Below are positions 59,701-60,598 of a DNA stretch of 60,598 nucleotides, piece after piece. The translations under genes and the position numbers were made by a program. A model generated the notes under the pieces. The model did no database searches. It was not told the DNA's origin and worked only from the letters and a program-made list of their open reading frames with translations. The stretch is taken from assembly GCA_037380845.1 (NCBI GenBank), contig JARRRI010000011.1, forward strand, positions 1 to 60,598, written 5' to 3'. Numbering within the stretch: the stretch's first letter is position 1; each line of letters opens with the position of its first letter. This DNA comes from Candidatus Sulfobium sp. (lineage in GTDB: Bacteria > Nitrospirota > Thermodesulfovibrionia > Thermodesulfovibrionales > UBA6898).

Positions 59701-60177
59701 ATGTCGCGTGCTGCCAACAACATGCTCGACACAGGCAATTTTTTCCCGGAAATGACATTTGAAACCACCGGGGGCGTCACCGTAAAGTTACCCCATGATT
59801 TCGGGGTCAAATGGAATATACTCCTCTTTTACAGAGGCCACTGGTGAATATTTTGCCGTCAGCAGTTGCTGGATTTCCAGAAGCATATGGCCGATTTTGA
59901 AAAAAGGGACATACAGGTCATTGCAGCCTCGGCCGATCCCTGGGAGCACGCCCTCCAGACGGTCGAGCGGTACAGGCTCACGTTCAGTGTCGGATATGGC
60001 CTGGACCCTTGCAGGGTCTCGGCCCTCACCGGCGCTTTTTACAGTGAGAGGGACAATTACCTTCATGCGACGGGCTTTATCATTGGTCCCGAGGGGGAAA
60101 TAGAAAGCGCCGTTTACAGCACACGGTCGATAGGCAGGCTTGTAGCGAAAGACTGCATCGAATTCATAGGCAGCTGA
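59701..60177 (+). CDS. selenocysteine-containing peroxiredoxin-like (AhpC/TSA) protein; Sec at UGA 59845
   Basis: GGAGG RBS and ATG59701; reads LLFYRGHW-U-IFCRQQL in frame with ORF 59866-60177; thioredoxin-fold UxxC. Confidence 0.88.
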
Positions 60178-60426
60178 AAGGCTGGGATCGGGTTGTTCAG
60201 CTTCCCTCCTTAAGAATGCGCACCGTCATGTCTGCAAGTACCTTTATCTTGACATTCTTTAGCCGTATGGTAGCCTTTATTCAGAAAGACAGCGTCGCCG
60301 TCGTTGTCGAAAGAAAAGATGCGCTTAACAGGAAGGCCGTTCCCGGCGCTGCGACACCAGAGCGGTGTCATGTCGCACGTTCCCCGGAAATGTCGGTTAA
60401 GCGGCATTGTTCATCGAGGAGGACCG

Positions 60427-60598
60427 ATGATCGAAGAAGAAAAAGTAAAGGCCGTGCTGGAAGAAATCAGGCCGTACCTGAAGGCCGATGGAGGAGACGC
60501 GGAACTGGTGGAGGTAACTAAAGACAACGTTGTGAAGGTCAGGCTTGTCGGTGCCTGCGGCCATTGCCCCATGTCGACGATGACGCTGAAAATGGGGA
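60427..60598 (+). CDS. NifU/NfuA C-terminal-domain protein (partial, runs off window)
   Basis: IRPYLKADGGD..VRLVGACGHCPMSTMTLK; GAGGAGG RBS. Confidence 0.92.
   Translation, partial: MIEEEKVKAVLEEIRPYLKADGGDAELVEVTKDNVVKVRLVGACGHCPMSTMTLKMG

Noticed and set aside
1..60598. CRISPR array, transposase or prophage
   Set aside because: No regularly spaced repeats and no recognisable cas, transposase or phage genes

Overview
Bacterial chromosomal window, about 53-55% GC by eye. Gene content suggests a Nitrospirota (Thermodesulfovibrionia-like) or deltaproteobacteria-like organism (inference). The first 12.7 kb is an apparently self-contained cyclic-nucleotide signalling island. It has two GEMM-I-type (cyclic dinucleotide) riboswitches with overlapping terminators, an FAD oxidoreductase, two cNMP-binding proteins, a secreted protein, a CHASE2 class III cyclase whose ATP-specifying Lys is replaced by Gly, a FecR-TPR-beta-barrel receptor and an MBL-fold hydrolase. 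The rest holds pentose-phosphate genes, a sigma54 promoter driving a probable sRNA, two radical SAM enzymes, a cytochrome c oxidase operon, mnmA, a YtkA/diheme peroxidase pair, bioWB, a Rieske/cytochrome b complex with two pentaheme cytochromes, nadC, valS, a RomR-like regulator, rimI/tsaB, a ZnuACB-type transporter and tRNA-Ser(CGA). Features the ORF track hides: two UGA-recoded selenoproteins (PrdB/GrdB-like and peroxiredoxin-like), clean in-frame deletions in coxA (removing the CuB His/Tyr helix) and valS, two genes whose evident N-termini lack a canonical start codon, and small palindromic repeat elements. All calls are from motif recognition by eye, with no database searches.
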